64,000 nt of DNA from a virus (IMGVR_UViG_3300027708_000022:32001-96000), one strand, 5' to 3'; shown: positions 40,711-50,379, counted from the first letter of the stretch. Translations and numbers: made by a program. Notes: generated from the sequence alone by a model not told the origin.

Positions 40711-41457
40711 TTAAGTTAAAATTGTAATTCCTGGACCGACACTCATTGGTGTTCTGTTTGATAACCATGGGAAACTTCCATTATACTTCTCACTATTAAT
40801 CCTGTTACCTTCTTCAAAAAACTCTTTGGTAACGGAGTTTGGATTTCCATCTAATCGGTAATTCATTGTGTATGCATTGGTACAAGCAAACTTTGGAAAA
40901 TGACTTTTCAGGTTGCTAAAGAATTGTCTATCAGCACCCCATTGTGCGTACCATGCATGACCAATTTTAACAGCAACATCACACTTAACTGCAAACGATG
41001 AGGTGTCGATATGATGTACTTGGTCATTAAAGTATACTGGCCACTTACCTAGTGATTCACAATTGTCATCACAGAGGTAATTGCCATCTTTGTCGTATAT
41101 CTTTCTTAGGGAATAAGCCCAATCATTACCTTCTTTAATTTTGTTAATTAGTTTTTCCACATGACATGGATCATACCAATTGTCCTCATCAAGGTAACAA
41201 ATGATATCAGCATTAACAAGGAAGGAACAGGCAGCGTATACACGATGCCCATACCAGCCCTTGCCAACATTTTCTTCTAGAATAATACTACGCACATTTT
41301 TAAGGCCGTTTAATTCCATTTGGACATCCAGGTGATGCTCTTTACCGTCCGTGAATACATAGTGAACCAAATTTTGGTATGTTTGGTTGTTGACACTCAA
41401 CAAACAATCTTTTAATTCTTTTTTACAAATTGTGGGAGTTACGACAGCTACTTTCAT
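40711..41457 (-). CDS. Glycosyltransferase family 2
   Basis: VAVVTPT, YLDEDNW (DxD-like). Confidence 0.8.
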   Translation of the reverse strand: MKVAVVTPTICKKELKDCLLSVNNQTYQNLVHYVFTDGKEHHLDVQMELNGLKNVRSIILEENVGKGWYGHRVYAACSFLVNADIICYLDEDNWYDPCHVEKLINKIKEGNDWAYSLRKIYDKDGNYLCDDNCESLGKWPVYFNDQVHHIDTSSFAVKCDVAVKIGHAWYAQWGADRQFFSNLKSHFPKFACTNAYTMNYRLDGNPNSVTKEFFEEGNRINSEKYNGSFPWLSNRTPMSVGPGITILT

Positions 41458-41460
41458 AAT

Positions 41461-41904
41461 TTACACCGGAATGTCAATTTCAGGGAAGGCTTCTTTACAG
41501 ATTTTAGCCGTTAGGTATTTAATACCCAAATCTTTCTTCAATAAACGAACAAGCAAATCAGCCTCATCTTTATGTAATGCTTCAAGGATGACAATCATCA
41601 ATTGTTCTTGCTTCTTGGTTGTGATTGCTGTTTTCAATGGATGATTAGTAATGAATCTATACATCTTATTCATTTCACTATCAAGGTATGCAAAATTTAA
41701 ACCAGCTGGTTCAACCGCAGGCCGATATGGTGGTGCTTGAATATCGAACTTGACATGGGGGTTTAATCCCATAATCAAAAACTCTTTAAAACGTGGATCA
41801 GCGTGTTTGCGTAAAACTGCAACCCGAGTTTCACGGGTAGTTGCTTTATTAAACTCTTGGAATATTTCGGAATATAACAGATTAGAACTCATCAATGGAT
41901 CCAA
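41461..41904 (-). CDS. Conserved T4-like hypothetical protein
   Basis: LEALHKDEA motif; follows rnh. Confidence 0.65.
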   Translation of the reverse strand: MDPLMSSNLLYSEIFQEFNKATTRETRVAVLRKHADPRFKEFLIMGLNPHVKFDIQAPPYRPAVEPAGLNFAYLDSEMNKMYRFITNHPLKTAITTKKQEQLMIVILEALHKDEADLLVRLLKKDLGIKYLTAKICKEAFPEIDIPV

Positions 41905-42730
41905 TTAAATTAGTTAGTCGGTTTGCTATCATATAATTCAAAAATTCTTGTTTAGTATGAACCTTCGTGGTTTCATAGGTATCTATGATACTTTGTTTTA
42001 GGGTCTCAGGTATTTGTGTTAAATCAATCAGCATTCGATTACGATTGAAATTACGCAACATCAACTCATTGCAAAATTCTTCAGGTGGTTGGTTCATCCA
42101 TTGACCAATCTTAACTTCTGTAATTGCTTTTTGACGAATGCCATCAACGATTACATTATCTGCACTTAGAATATTTGGAATACCATCACCTTTATCACCA
42201 CGAATAATCATCTGTTTCAATTGAGCCGTTGGGTCATTTTCTTTGATAAACTTCTTCATAATAGGCGAGTATTGGTCAACATTTGGATATTTCTGTAATT
42301 GAGCAAAGTCTTTATCAGAGGATAAAATCATCACTTTACTAGAACCAGAATATCGCCTCGTCAATACACCAATGATATCGTCAGCTTCTGCTGTGTCAAT
42401 ATCAAGCACTTTATATGGTGAATGATTCCTAAGCTCATCTTTGATTTTATGTAATACTTCAAAGATAGAAGTCCAATCATGTCCAGAAGCTTCACGGCTT
42501 TTCTTACGAAGTCCTTTGTAAAAAGGAAAGATATCACGGCGCCAATATTTTCTATTGTCGCAGGCAATGACAACTTCCGGGCCATGTGATTGTTTAAATT
42601 TCTTCACATAGGTACGGATAGTATTGAGGATCATGTGGCGAACCAAAACCTCATCAACAGGAGTTTTGGAAGAACCAATTTGTTCCATCAAGTTAGCAAT
42701 AGCTACCTGATTATAATCGAATATTATCAT
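41882..42730 (-). CDS. rnh: RNase H / 5'-3' exonuclease
   Basis: YWRRD..YK, EADDIIG, SSDKDFAQL, GDKGDGIPN. Confidence 0.95.
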   Translation of the reverse strand: MIIFDYNQVAIANLMEQIGSSKTPVDEVLVRHMILNTIRTYVKKFKQSHGPEVVIACDNRKYWRRDIFPFYKGLRKKSREASGHDWTSIFEVLHKIKDELRNHSPYKVLDIDTAEADDIIGVLTRRYSGSSKVMILSSDKDFAQLQKYPNVDQYSPIMKKFIKENDPTAQLKQMIIRGDKGDGIPNILSADNVIVDGIRQKAITEVKIGQWMNQPPEEFCNELMLRNFNRNRMLIDLTQIPETLKQSIIDTYETTKVHTKQEFLNYMIANRLTNLIGSIDEF

Positions 42731-42743
42731 AATGATCCATAAT

Positions 42744-43826
42744 TTATTTTATAACTTTCAATAATATTGTATCACGATTCAGACGACCATTGAGGCAAGA
42801 TTCCTTTGCTTTTACCGATTCGATGACATTACGCAAGAATACCTTAGACCCCTTTACAACTTCAGGCAATATTGCCTCTGGTTTTCGTAAGGTCTTTTGC
42901 ACAGATTTCATTTCGCTAAAATTCAGCAAACTTGTTCCTTTGATACTAAAACCAGCAGCATCTAGAGCATGATAAACACCTAGTTTTCTAGTTTTAACAT
43001 TAAACACCCATAGCTGTGTTGCACCAATAATTGTTTTAGGCACCTCAGACTTCAATTTCAATTCATCATTAGATTCACAGAATTGGACTTTTGCAACTAA
43101 TTGGTCTGCCGATATAGCCTTACGCTTGCGAGGTTTTCTTGTTAATTTGGATGCTTCACTTAATTTCATTGCATCGGTGATAATTAAATCACAGAATGTC
43201 ACAAGCTTTTTTAATTCTGATTTACTGAAATTGGAATAACCTTCTTTCAATAACGAATCATCGGTGCTCAATACTTCATCAAATTCAGCTCTACGTTTAC
43301 GGAAGATTTCAATCAGGCGAGTAGCGTGCATTGCCTTAACTCTATCGTGCATAATGCCGAAAGGTGAAGTTTGCTTCGAGAATTCACTAGTGATATAATC
43401 ATCAATAGCACCTTCCAACTCTCCTGCAACTTCAGAGACTTTTTCCGCTAGTCGGTCTTGTATAGTGACTACTGGAACTTTTTTTGTATCCTCGGTTGTT
43501 TTGGACTCATCCAGAGACATTAACTCGGTAACAGTTTGTTTAAGATTACCAACGGTTGCTTCAGGTAGAATTGTGCCATTGGCAACAATACGACACAAGA
43601 AACCTATTGTAACATAGGTCTTGCTAGTATCCAATTTGCCTAAGATTTTATGTTTCTTGGCATAATCCGCAATGTACTTAGCCGCAGTTTTAGCATCCTT
43701 ACTAGAATGATACCAATTCAGAGCTGCTGAAATTTCACTTTGAGATTCTAACTTTTCATGTTTTGGTTCTGCTGTCTTACCTAAAATACGGTCAATCTCT
43801 TCCGAAGTTTTTATTTGCTTTGCCAT
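42744..43826 (-). CDS. Conserved T4-like hypothetical protein
   Basis: KTLRKP, NGRLN motifs; upstream of rnh. Confidence 0.7.
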   Translation of the reverse strand: MAKQIKTSEEIDRILGKTAEPKHEKLESQSEISAALNWYHSSKDAKTAAKYIADYAKKHKILGKLDTSKTYVTIGFLCRIVANGTILPEATVGNLKQTVTELMSLDESKTTEDTKKVPVVTIQDRLAEKVSEVAGELEGAIDDYITSEFSKQTSPFGIMHDRVKAMHATRLIEIFRKRRAEFDEVLSTDDSLLKEGYSNFSKSELKKLVTFCDLIITDAMKLSEASKLTRKPRKRKAISADQLVAKVQFCESNDELKLKSEVPKTIIGATQLWVFNVKTRKLGVYHALDAAGFSIKGTSLLNFSEMKSVQKTLRKPEAILPEVVKGSKVFLRNVIESVKAKESCLNGRLNRDTILLKVIK

Positions 43827-44106
43827 TTAATAATTCCTCATAAGTATATTTGCCATAGGAGTCTATGAACATAATACCATTTACCGTTTCTTGTACCGTG
43901 TTACTTATATACTTAGCTGCCTTTAAAACCGATTTTGCATCAGAAAATACGGCACACTTGCCAAACATCTCATTTAGTACAATCGGATTTAAATCATAAG
44001 CCATCGTATCATCATTAAAAGAATCGTAGAGGTAAATATACTTATCTTCTGAATAGGTAACTCGGTAACCGTCTTTTGTGATTAGAATATAAACGCCATC
44101 TTCCAT
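43792..44106 (-). CDS. Hypothetical protein
   Basis: Coupled ORF. Confidence 0.55.
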   Translation of the reverse strand: MEDGVYILITKDGYRVTYSEDKYIYLYDSFNDDTMAYDLNPIVLNEMFGKCAVFSDAKSVLKAAKYISNTVQETVNGIMFIDSYGKYTYEELLNGKANKNFGRD

Positions 44107-44321
44107 TATCTTTCCAGAACCACATAGTCTCCGAAATACTTATCGAAAACAGCTACCAAATTCTCATAATCACCAGCCATCATTTCTTCACGGATTTGAG
44201 TTGCATCCAATTCTAATTGTTTAGCAAATCGTACGGCATATCCCATTAAGGCATATGCATTACCATCAGGACCGGTCAGGTCGATTACTCTTTCATATAC
44301 ATCTTTTTTATCACGAATCAT
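44106..44321 (-). CDS. Conserved hypothetical protein
   Basis: IDLTGPDGNA..L..GDYE; promoter TTGCAA-N17-TACAAT upstream. Confidence 0.7.
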   Translation of the reverse strand: MIRDKKDVYERVIDLTGPDGNAYALMGYAVRFAKQLELDATQIREEMMAGDYENLVAVFDKYFGDYVVLER

Positions 44322-44454
44322 AGTAAATCTCCGTTGGTTAACAGTACCATTGTATCATAGTATAAGACTAATTGCAAGACAAAAAAAAGATAGTGTTGTT
44401 TTTACGCAACACTATCAGGCAAATGGTACTTTCAAATAAATTCAGGATGCTTTG

Positions 44455-44530
44455 TGGGACCAACTGGATTTGAACCAGTGACCCATTTCTTATGAGGAAA
44501 TCGCTGCTAACCTGACTGAGCTATAGTCCC
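44455..44530 (-). tRNA. tRNA-CAU, probably Ile2; CCA not encoded
   Basis: Cloverleaf, loop CTCATAA, Ile2-like T arm. Confidence 0.75.
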
Positions 44531-44575
44531 ACAAAGCATCCTTTTAAAAAGAATACAAACATTATTTAATTGATC

Positions 44576-45562
44576 TTAATGTCCTAACGTCTTTTTAAAT
44601 TTATGTAAATCTTCATCTTTATCCAAATCAATATGACTCTTATTTAAACCTTTGACTCCATCAGGATGAAAAGCTACTGTTCTAGCACTCTTGTTACCTT
44701 TTTGTTTTTCACGAATTCTCCATTTTCCTTTACCTGAAATAGAAGGTAATCCATGTCCAGTTTCATCTTTATCACCAACCTTATAGGTTCCGTGGCCGCC
44801 AACTTGTAATACATGAACATGATGATCTTTTAAATAACCTTCGGCTGGATGTAAATTTGGATGTTTAATTTCAATTGATTTTGTTCGACCACTAGCGGTT
44901 GTTTCGGATTTTTCTGGATCAGGATCATGTTTATTCATATGTTCTAGAATACCAGATTTTTCAATATGTTTTGCATATTCTGGTCGTTTTGCTTTTTGTG
45001 CATCCTTAATATGCCAACCTTTTGGTTTACCAGTTTTAGTATCCTTCTCTTTACTATGATGAATCGTTAATTGTCCCATGGCTGCGGTTACACCATCTTT
45101 GGTTTCACCGTTAAGTAAGTGTCCTGAAACAACGCCAGCATGAAAATGCCCCTTTTTCTTATTCTCAACCGAGAAATCTGTGCCACTAGTTGAACCGGCA
45201 CCAGATAAATGTTTAGGCATAACACCATGTTTTTTCAATCTATCAACAAAATCAGATTCATATTTGTGGCCTTTGTTACTAGGCTCATCACCGGGTTTAT
45301 GTAACTTGGAAATAGGAATAACATGATGATTGCCAGTTTCATCTTCGGCATGGACATGAATCTTACCATTGATATGTTCAGATTTGTGAATTTTGATAGC
45401 TGAGCCTTTTGGAAGGTCATCATGCTCTTTAGCTAAAACGTGGGTTGGTTTATTTGAACCAACATGAGGGTCAATGTATCTTTTTTTATGGTCCTCACCA
45501 GTTGCACCAGATGCAGTTAAAATTCCACGTGCTTCAATAATAAATGTTTGGAATGAAATCAT
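44576..45562 (-). CDS. His/Lys-rich protein, putative internal head protein
   Basis: N-terminus MISFQTFIIE resembles T4 capsid-targeting sequence. Confidence 0.6.
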   Translation of the reverse strand: MISFQTFIIEARGILTASGATGEDHKKRYIDPHVGSNKPTHVLAKEHDDLPKGSAIKIHKSEHINGKIHVHAEDETGNHHVIPISKLHKPGDEPSNKGHKYESDFVDRLKKHGVMPKHLSGAGSTSGTDFSVENKKKGHFHAGVVSGHLLNGETKDGVTAAMGQLTIHHSKEKDTKTGKPKGWHIKDAQKAKRPEYAKHIEKSGILEHMNKHDPDPEKSETTASGRTKSIEIKHPNLHPAEGYLKDHHVHVLQVGGHGTYKVGDKDETGHGLPSISGKGKWRIREKQKGNKSARTVAFHPDGVKGLNKSHIDLDKDEDLHKFKKTLGH

Positions 45563-46752
45563 TTTCTCACCTTTAACAAATTTTGTTTAGCAAACTCAGC
45601 ACGATTAACTAATTTATCTGGACCGTGTTTGCTATTAACAACAAAACCCTCTGGTTTAGATTTTTTACCTTCAATATGGTGGTCATAGTCACCCTCATGT
45701 GTTTCTAAAGATTTAACCAAGTGATTCTTTGCTTGAGCTAAATGATGGTGCATTGATAACAAATTAGCATAGTGTTGTTTGTTCTTTTCAACGTGAGCAA
45801 TTTGTTCTGCACCTTCAGCAGTTTTAGCGTTTTTCGATTTCTCAGTCTTAACCTTTGATGCTTCTTTTTCATGATGAGCAGCAAGATGTTCTTTGAATCC
45901 TTTTACATTTGGTACTTCATCATGGCGAACTGTCTTGTTAATATAAGTTGAGAGATGACCAACATCACCAGAATGTTTTGGATGAATAGCATTATACATT
46001 GCATGACCATGAGTATCATGAATTTCTTTTGCTGCATTCATGTGTCTTTGAAAACCTGATTCGTTTTCTTCTGAATGTCTAACCTTTGATGTATCATGTT
46101 CAGCACCATGTAAGTGTACATCAGGATGATGTTTGAATTGACTTATATCTACATGAGGAGATGATGATAAACTTGCAATATCTTTACCATGATACTGTTG
46201 ATGAACAACTACGCCAATCTTTGATCTTTTAATTGCTTTAGCGTTTTGACCCTTGGCTGTGTAAGTAATTGTATTAGGCGTGAAAGAAACATCACCCTTT
46301 GCTTCAAGAATGAAAGATTCATGAATCCTGTGATCTTCGCTTGTATGCATCAAATCACCGTGAAATACTCCAGTTTTTGGTGATACTTTCTTCAGATGGT
46401 CAAGTGCGGTATGTAATTTAGAAGCAAGACCTGGAGCATGACCATGATTTCGATCAATATCTTCATGAGTATGGTTGATTTTTGGATTCTTGTTACCGAT
46501 AGATTTAGTGGCAACGAAGAACTTACCATTCTCCGGGTGATGACCAAAAACAATTGCTGGAGAACCATCATACTTCATTGTCAAGTTGGAACTTTGGCGT
46601 CCAGCTTTCATATGAGCATGAGCATTCATTAAAGCAGCATGAGCTTGTTCAAATCCAGCGTGACCATGCATCAATGGACGATCTTCTGGATGAGTAATAT
46701 GCTGAAGTTTACCTTCGGTTTCTTCTTTTAGAAAAGATTTAAAATTTAACAT
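45559..46752 (-). CDS. His-rich DUF6267-like protein, putative internal head protein
   Basis: MLNFKSFLKEE, KYDGSPA, FTPNTITY, PEGFV..KLVNR. Confidence 0.65.
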   Translation of the reverse strand: MLNFKSFLKEETEGKLQHITHPEDRPLMHGHAGFEQAHAALMNAHAHMKAGRQSSNLTMKYDGSPAIVFGHHPENGKFFVATKSIGNKNPKINHTHEDIDRNHGHAPGLASKLHTALDHLKKVSPKTGVFHGDLMHTSEDHRIHESFILEAKGDVSFTPNTITYTAKGQNAKAIKRSKIGVVVHQQYHGKDIASLSSSPHVDISQFKHHPDVHLHGAEHDTSKVRHSEENESGFQRHMNAAKEIHDTHGHAMYNAIHPKHSGDVGHLSTYINKTVRHDEVPNVKGFKEHLAAHHEKEASKVKTEKSKNAKTAEGAEQIAHVEKNKQHYANLLSMHHHLAQAKNHLVKSLETHEGDYDHHIEGKKSKPEGFVVNSKHGPDKLVNRAEFAKQNLLKVRK

Positions 46753-46795
46753 GGTTTTTCTCGATTACTTTATAAAAGTATAAAAAGTTATCTTA

Positions 46796-46803
46796 TATTT
46801 ATA
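46796..46803 (-). promoter_or_regulatory. T4-type late promoter TATAAATA
   Basis: Exact consensus upstream of His-rich genes. Confidence 0.75.
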
Positions 46804-46838
46804 TTAAAATAATTTACTACTTATACAAAAATATAAAT

Positions 46839-46915
46839 TGGTACGGATGACGGGACTCGAACCCGTAGAACCTTAATTTTAAGTCAAGTATGTAAACCAA
46901 TTCCATCACATCCGC
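46839..46915 (-). tRNA. tRNA-Leu(UAA), short variable loop
   Basis: Cloverleaf with CCA. Confidence 0.85.
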
Positions 46916-46920
46916 ATTAC

Positions 46921-46995
46921 TGGCACCCCCAGCAGGAATCGAACCTACGTTTACCCTTTAGAAGAGGGATGTATTTTCCACTATACTATGGGGGC
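46921..46995 (-). tRNA. tRNA-Arg(UCU)
   Basis: Cloverleaf with CCA. Confidence 0.9.
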
Positions 46996-47000
46996 ATTAC

Positions 47001-47077
47001 TGGTGCCTCAGGCGGGACTCGAACCCGCAGAATTTCGCTTCTAAGGCGAACACGGCTACCAATTACGTCACCGAGGC
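47001..47077 (-). tRNA. tRNA-Leu(UAG), short variable loop
   Basis: Cloverleaf with CCA. Confidence 0.85.
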
Positions 47078-47078
47078 A

Positions 47079-47312
47079 TTACCTACGCATCTTCCAAGTG
47101 TATTCTTCACCACTTGGGAGTTTTCCATCTTCTACTGAATCAACACCCATCTTACCAACTTGGTTTGGATTCTCACCAACCATAGTGACATAAGAAGCAC
47201 GACCAACATTACGCAAATGGTTAGTTAATGTTAACGCTTCAACCATATCAATGTAATCTTGACTACACGCTTGTCCATTAGGATTTGTCCAATACACTTT
47301 GTACATAATCAC
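47079..47312 (-). CDS. Conserved small protein within tRNA array
   Basis: ENPNQVGKMGVD..Y.W..RR. Confidence 0.65.
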   Translation of the reverse strand: MIMYKVYWTNPNGQACSQDYIDMVEALTLTNHLRNVGRASYVTMVGENPNQVGKMGVDSVEDGKLPSGEEYTWKMRR

Positions 47313-47325
47313 CTTATATAATACT

Positions 47326-47401
47326 TGGTGCTGCCCACAGGAATCGAACCTGTTTCAACGGTTCTTCAAACCGCCGCTATGACCACATCAGCTAGAGCAG
47401 C
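47326..47401 (-). tRNA. tRNA-Phe(GAA)
   Basis: Cloverleaf with CCA. Confidence 0.9.
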
Positions 47402-47407
47402 ATAACT

Positions 47408-47482
47408 TGGTACATCGTGACGGGATCGAACCGCCGACAATCTCGGTGTAAGCGAGGAGCTCTACCGCTGAGCTAACGATGC
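47408..47482 (-). tRNA. tRNA-Val(UAC)
   Basis: Cloverleaf with CCA. Confidence 0.9.
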
Positions 47483-47494
47483 ATTAATTCACTT

Positions 47495-47568
47495 TGGGGT
47501 GACTACTGGGAGTTGAACCCAGACTAGCAGAATCACAAACTGCGTTGCTACCGTTACAACATAGTCAC
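47495..47568 (-). tRNA. tRNA-His(GUG)
   Basis: Cloverleaf, C73, CCA; T rather than G at -1. Confidence 0.85.
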
Positions 47569-47623
47569 ACCAAAATGAATTAACATTTTGGACTTGGTGT
47601 TGCGTACACCAAGTAAAACGATA

Positions 47624-49030
47624 TTAGACCTTGTATCGGTCAGACATAATGGCTTTCAACATGATAGCTTCTGGAGTAAACTCTGAAGTATCTGCTGCAA
47701 GAATTGCTTTAACGATTGAAGGACTGAACCCTGAAACCAAAGCAACACCTGATTCATCATGCTTAACAGGTACGTTATCTGATGAATTGATATTCCAAAA
47801 AACAACTTTAGGAACTTCATAGCCATTTGAGGCGAATTGACGAGCAATCATCTCCATGGCCGAATCATCATGTTCTACGCAAGCATTGAATTGCATATCA
47901 GACAGAATCAACAGCATTGATGGCATATCTTCCTGTGGTACTTTGCCTTTTACAGCAACATTTAAAATCTTCATCATGGCTTTCACCAAGTCAGTAGACA
48001 TACCCCATTCGGATCTAACCATTTGATCCATCTTCTGAATGACATTACCTTTTAGGTTAAGCAATTGCGGATCACTTGAGAATGTTAAAAAGGTGTCTTT
48101 GAAAACTCCTTTGTTCTTATCTGCAAGGTATAGACCAAGAGATACAGAAACATCCATACATGATACTGAACTGTTACGACCAGCAGGGCATGACATAGAA
48201 CCAGAAACGTCAACTAAAGGTAATACATTCGCATCACCAACAAAATTCTCTAAAGCATCCCATTGGGCTACAATGTGGTCTTTTTCGGTTTTGTTGTATG
48301 AACCGTATGCTACGCCTTTCAATACATCATAAGGGAATACTGCACCAGCATTCACCTTAACTTTTGGATCGGTACCTTTAACCAATTCAGCCACATACTC
48401 CGCAAACTTTTCAGTATTACGGTAGAATGCTTTCTTGTAACGGCTAGCCGCCAAAGAAGGCACATGACTGAAATTGATGTTATCCCAATCCTTAGCACAC
48501 ATTTGAGATTCTACCACTTTAGTCATTTCAACCAAAGACTTACGATAGAACTTAGGTGTCATGCCGAAGAACTCACGCAATTCACGAGCAACTTCACCTT
48601 TGCGGGGTGTCCATTTTGCCGCCAATCCGTTTTTAGCTCTCAGAGCATCACCAAGCAAAGTGTATGCTTGTGACTTCAATTCAGAAGTCTGGAAAACAAA
48701 TAGGTCATCCCAACGACCAACTTCAGGTACTTTCCCAAGTAGCTTCATTGCCAAATCAGGACGATTGGTTTCCAAATACTTCAGAATCTGGCGAAACAAC
48801 TCACGCTCGCCAGCGCCACCACGAACATCACGAGACCATAAGGCAACTCGCAATGCTAATTCTTCATCCTGCACCAAAGCAGAAACGAAGTCAGCTGTGA
48901 TATCTTTACCGCGGCTGGCACCGATTTTATAGAACAAATCAACTACAGCATTAGCAGTAGATTTGCGAGCTTTCATACCATTGTCGGTACGAGCTTCTTG
49001 ATTTTGAACTGCGTTTACAAATGAATTCAT
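47624..49030 (-). CDS. Ro60/TROVE-like helical plus vWA protein (DUF2828-like)
   Basis: RDVRGGAGER, GRWDDL, AAKWTPR, MIDAS VDVSGSM, ILSDMQF, VFWN, VSGFS. Confidence 0.8.
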   Translation of the reverse strand: MNSFVNAVQNQEARTDNGMKARKSTANAVVDLFYKIGASRGKDITADFVSALVQDEELALRVALWSRDVRGGAGERELFRQILKYLETNRPDLAMKLLGKVPEVGRWDDLFVFQTSELKSQAYTLLGDALRAKNGLAAKWTPRKGEVARELREFFGMTPKFYRKSLVEMTKVVESQMCAKDWDNINFSHVPSLAASRYKKAFYRNTEKFAEYVAELVKGTDPKVKVNAGAVFPYDVLKGVAYGSYNKTEKDHIVAQWDALENFVGDANVLPLVDVSGSMSCPAGRNSSVSCMDVSVSLGLYLADKNKGVFKDTFLTFSSDPQLLNLKGNVIQKMDQMVRSEWGMSTDLVKAMMKILNVAVKGKVPQEDMPSMLLILSDMQFNACVEHDDSAMEMIARQFASNGYEVPKVVFWNINSSDNVPVKHDESGVALVSGFSPSIVKAILAADTSEFTPEAIMLKAIMSDRYKV

Positions 49031-49049
49031 AATATTACTTCCTCAATTT

Positions 49050-49101
49050 AACAGGTTAACTTTTTCAAGTTGGCTTTGAATTTTATTGCTGAACTTAACC
49101 T
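49050..49101 (-). ncRNA. CAGCAA small-RNA motif, copy 1
   Basis: AGGTTAA-GTT-CAGCAA...TTAACCT-GTT. Confidence 0.65.
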
Positions 49102-49107
49102 AAAAAC

Positions 49108-49206
49108 AACAGGATGGTTTCTACTTTTTGTTTTTCAAGTGAGAAAATCGAAACTCACTATCCGATGGCGATTTTACCCGCCGAGTATTTTTGCTGCACC
49201 CATCCT
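49108..49206 (-). ncRNA. CAGCAA small-RNA motif, copy 2
   Basis: AGGATGG-GTG-CAGCAA...CCATCCT-GTT, two internal hairpins. Confidence 0.65.
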
Positions 49207-49212
49207 AAACCT

Positions 49213-49286
49213 TGGAGCGAGATATCAGAATCGAACTGATAACAACAGATTGGAAATCTATAGTTTTACCATTAAACTAATCTCGC
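49213..49286 (-). tRNA. tRNA-Gly(UCC)
   Basis: Cloverleaf with CCA. Confidence 0.9.
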
Positions 49287-49295
49287 CTACTTAAA

Positions 49296-49772
49296 CTATG
49301 CTGCTTTATCTAATACGAATTTTAAACGATCCGCAGCGAAAGATGCGGCAAACGCTTGAGGTTTTACCAGAGGGATAACATTACACATACCTCTAATATA
49401 CCCAACTGCCTCATTGATAACGCATGAACTACCGTGCATTTCATCAGGATTAATATCCAAATGTACCTCAACATCACGGTCTTCCAAAACGTCTTTTAAC
49501 TTCAAATATAATTCGGCAATTTTATATACTTCCGTCATTAATCTCATTCTTGGTTTATCTTTTCTTTGATCCCAATCTCTTTCAGTTTGGACTTCACCAA
49601 AGATTTTACAACCATTCTTACCATTAATATGTACTACAATAGCTAAAGTGTAATCAGCATACCAATCTTTACCAATGAGGAAACGAGCCGAGTCCGCACC
49701 GATATAAATCTTAGTCTCAGGACTTTGTGCTTCAATAAACTCTTTCACTTCATTAACATCAATCTTACGCAT
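49296..49772 (-). CDS. RNase H-like YkuK (DUF458) family protein
   Basis: IYIGADS, RLMTEV, VHLDIN, AAS.AAD. Confidence 0.8.
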   Translation of the reverse strand: MRKIDVNEVKEFIEAQSPETKIYIGADSARFLIGKDWYADYTLAIVVHINGKNGCKIFGEVQTERDWDQRKDKPRMRLMTEVYKIAELYLKLKDVLEDRDVEVHLDINPDEMHGSSCVINEAVGYIRGMCNVIPLVKPQAFAASFAADRLKFVLDKAA

Positions 49773-49795
49773 GATTACTACTCCTTTTAAAAACT

Positions 49796-49869
49796 TGGAG
49801 CGGGTAGAGAGAATCGAACTCTCAAATATTCCTTGGCAAGGAATTAGGTTACCTTTACATCATACCCGC
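49796..49869 (-). tRNA. tRNA-Gly(GCC)
   Basis: Cloverleaf with CCA. Confidence 0.9.
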
Positions 49870-49875
49870 ATAACT

Positions 49876-49950
49876 TGGCACCGCCCGAAGGATTCGAACC
49901 CTCACCAGCTGATTTGGAGTCAGTTGTGCTGCCGTTGACACTAGAGCGAT
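49876..49950 (-). tRNA. tRNA-Trp(CCA)
   Basis: Cloverleaf with CCA. Confidence 0.9.
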
Positions 49951-49957
49951 ATAATAC

Positions 49958-50020
49958 AACAGGATAGATTTTAACGGTTTTGATTAGAAGTCAAATGTTT
50001 TAATTTGCTGTTACTATCCT
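49958..50020 (-). ncRNA. CAGCAA small-RNA motif, copy 3
   Basis: AGGATAG-TAA-CAGCAA...TTGA-CTTCTAA-TCAA...CTATCCT-GTT. Confidence 0.65.
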
Positions 50021-50025
50021 AAAAC

Positions 50026-50102
50026 TGGTACAGAGTATTGGGCTTGAACCAATGACCTACGCCTTATCAAGACGTTGCTACTACCAACTGAGCTAACTCT
50101 GC
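50026..50102 (-). tRNA. tRNA-Ile(GAU)
   Basis: Cloverleaf with CCA. Confidence 0.9.
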
Positions 50103-50111
50103 ATTAATACT

Positions 50112-50186
50112 TGGAAGGTCCTGAAGGAATCAAACCTTCACTTTTTCGTTCGTAGCGAAATGTAATATTCATTTTACTAAGGACCT
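50112..50186 (-). tRNA. tRNA-Arg(ACG), atypical D and T loops
   Basis: Cloverleaf with CCA; T loop TTTGATT, no D-loop GG. Confidence 0.75.
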
Positions 50187-50192
50187 AAAACT

Positions 50193-50269
50193 TGGTGGTG
50201 AAAGTAGGATTCGAACCTACGACCGTTACCGTATGAAGGTACTGCTCTACCAAACTAAGCTACATCACC
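50193..50269 (-). tRNA. tRNA-Met(CAU), elongator
   Basis: Cloverleaf with CCA. Confidence 0.85.
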
Positions 50270-50282
50270 ATAATGTTCTTTG

Positions 50283-50357
50283 TCTGGATAGTAGGATTTG
50301 AACCTACAGCCTCCTCGTTCCAAACAAGGCCGTCTACCAGATTGACAATATACCCAG
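50283..50357 (-). tRNA. tRNA-Pro(UGG); CCA not encoded
   Basis: Cloverleaf, C1-G72, A73. Confidence 0.85.
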
Positions 50358-50379
50358 ACAAAGAACACTACCTAAAAAA

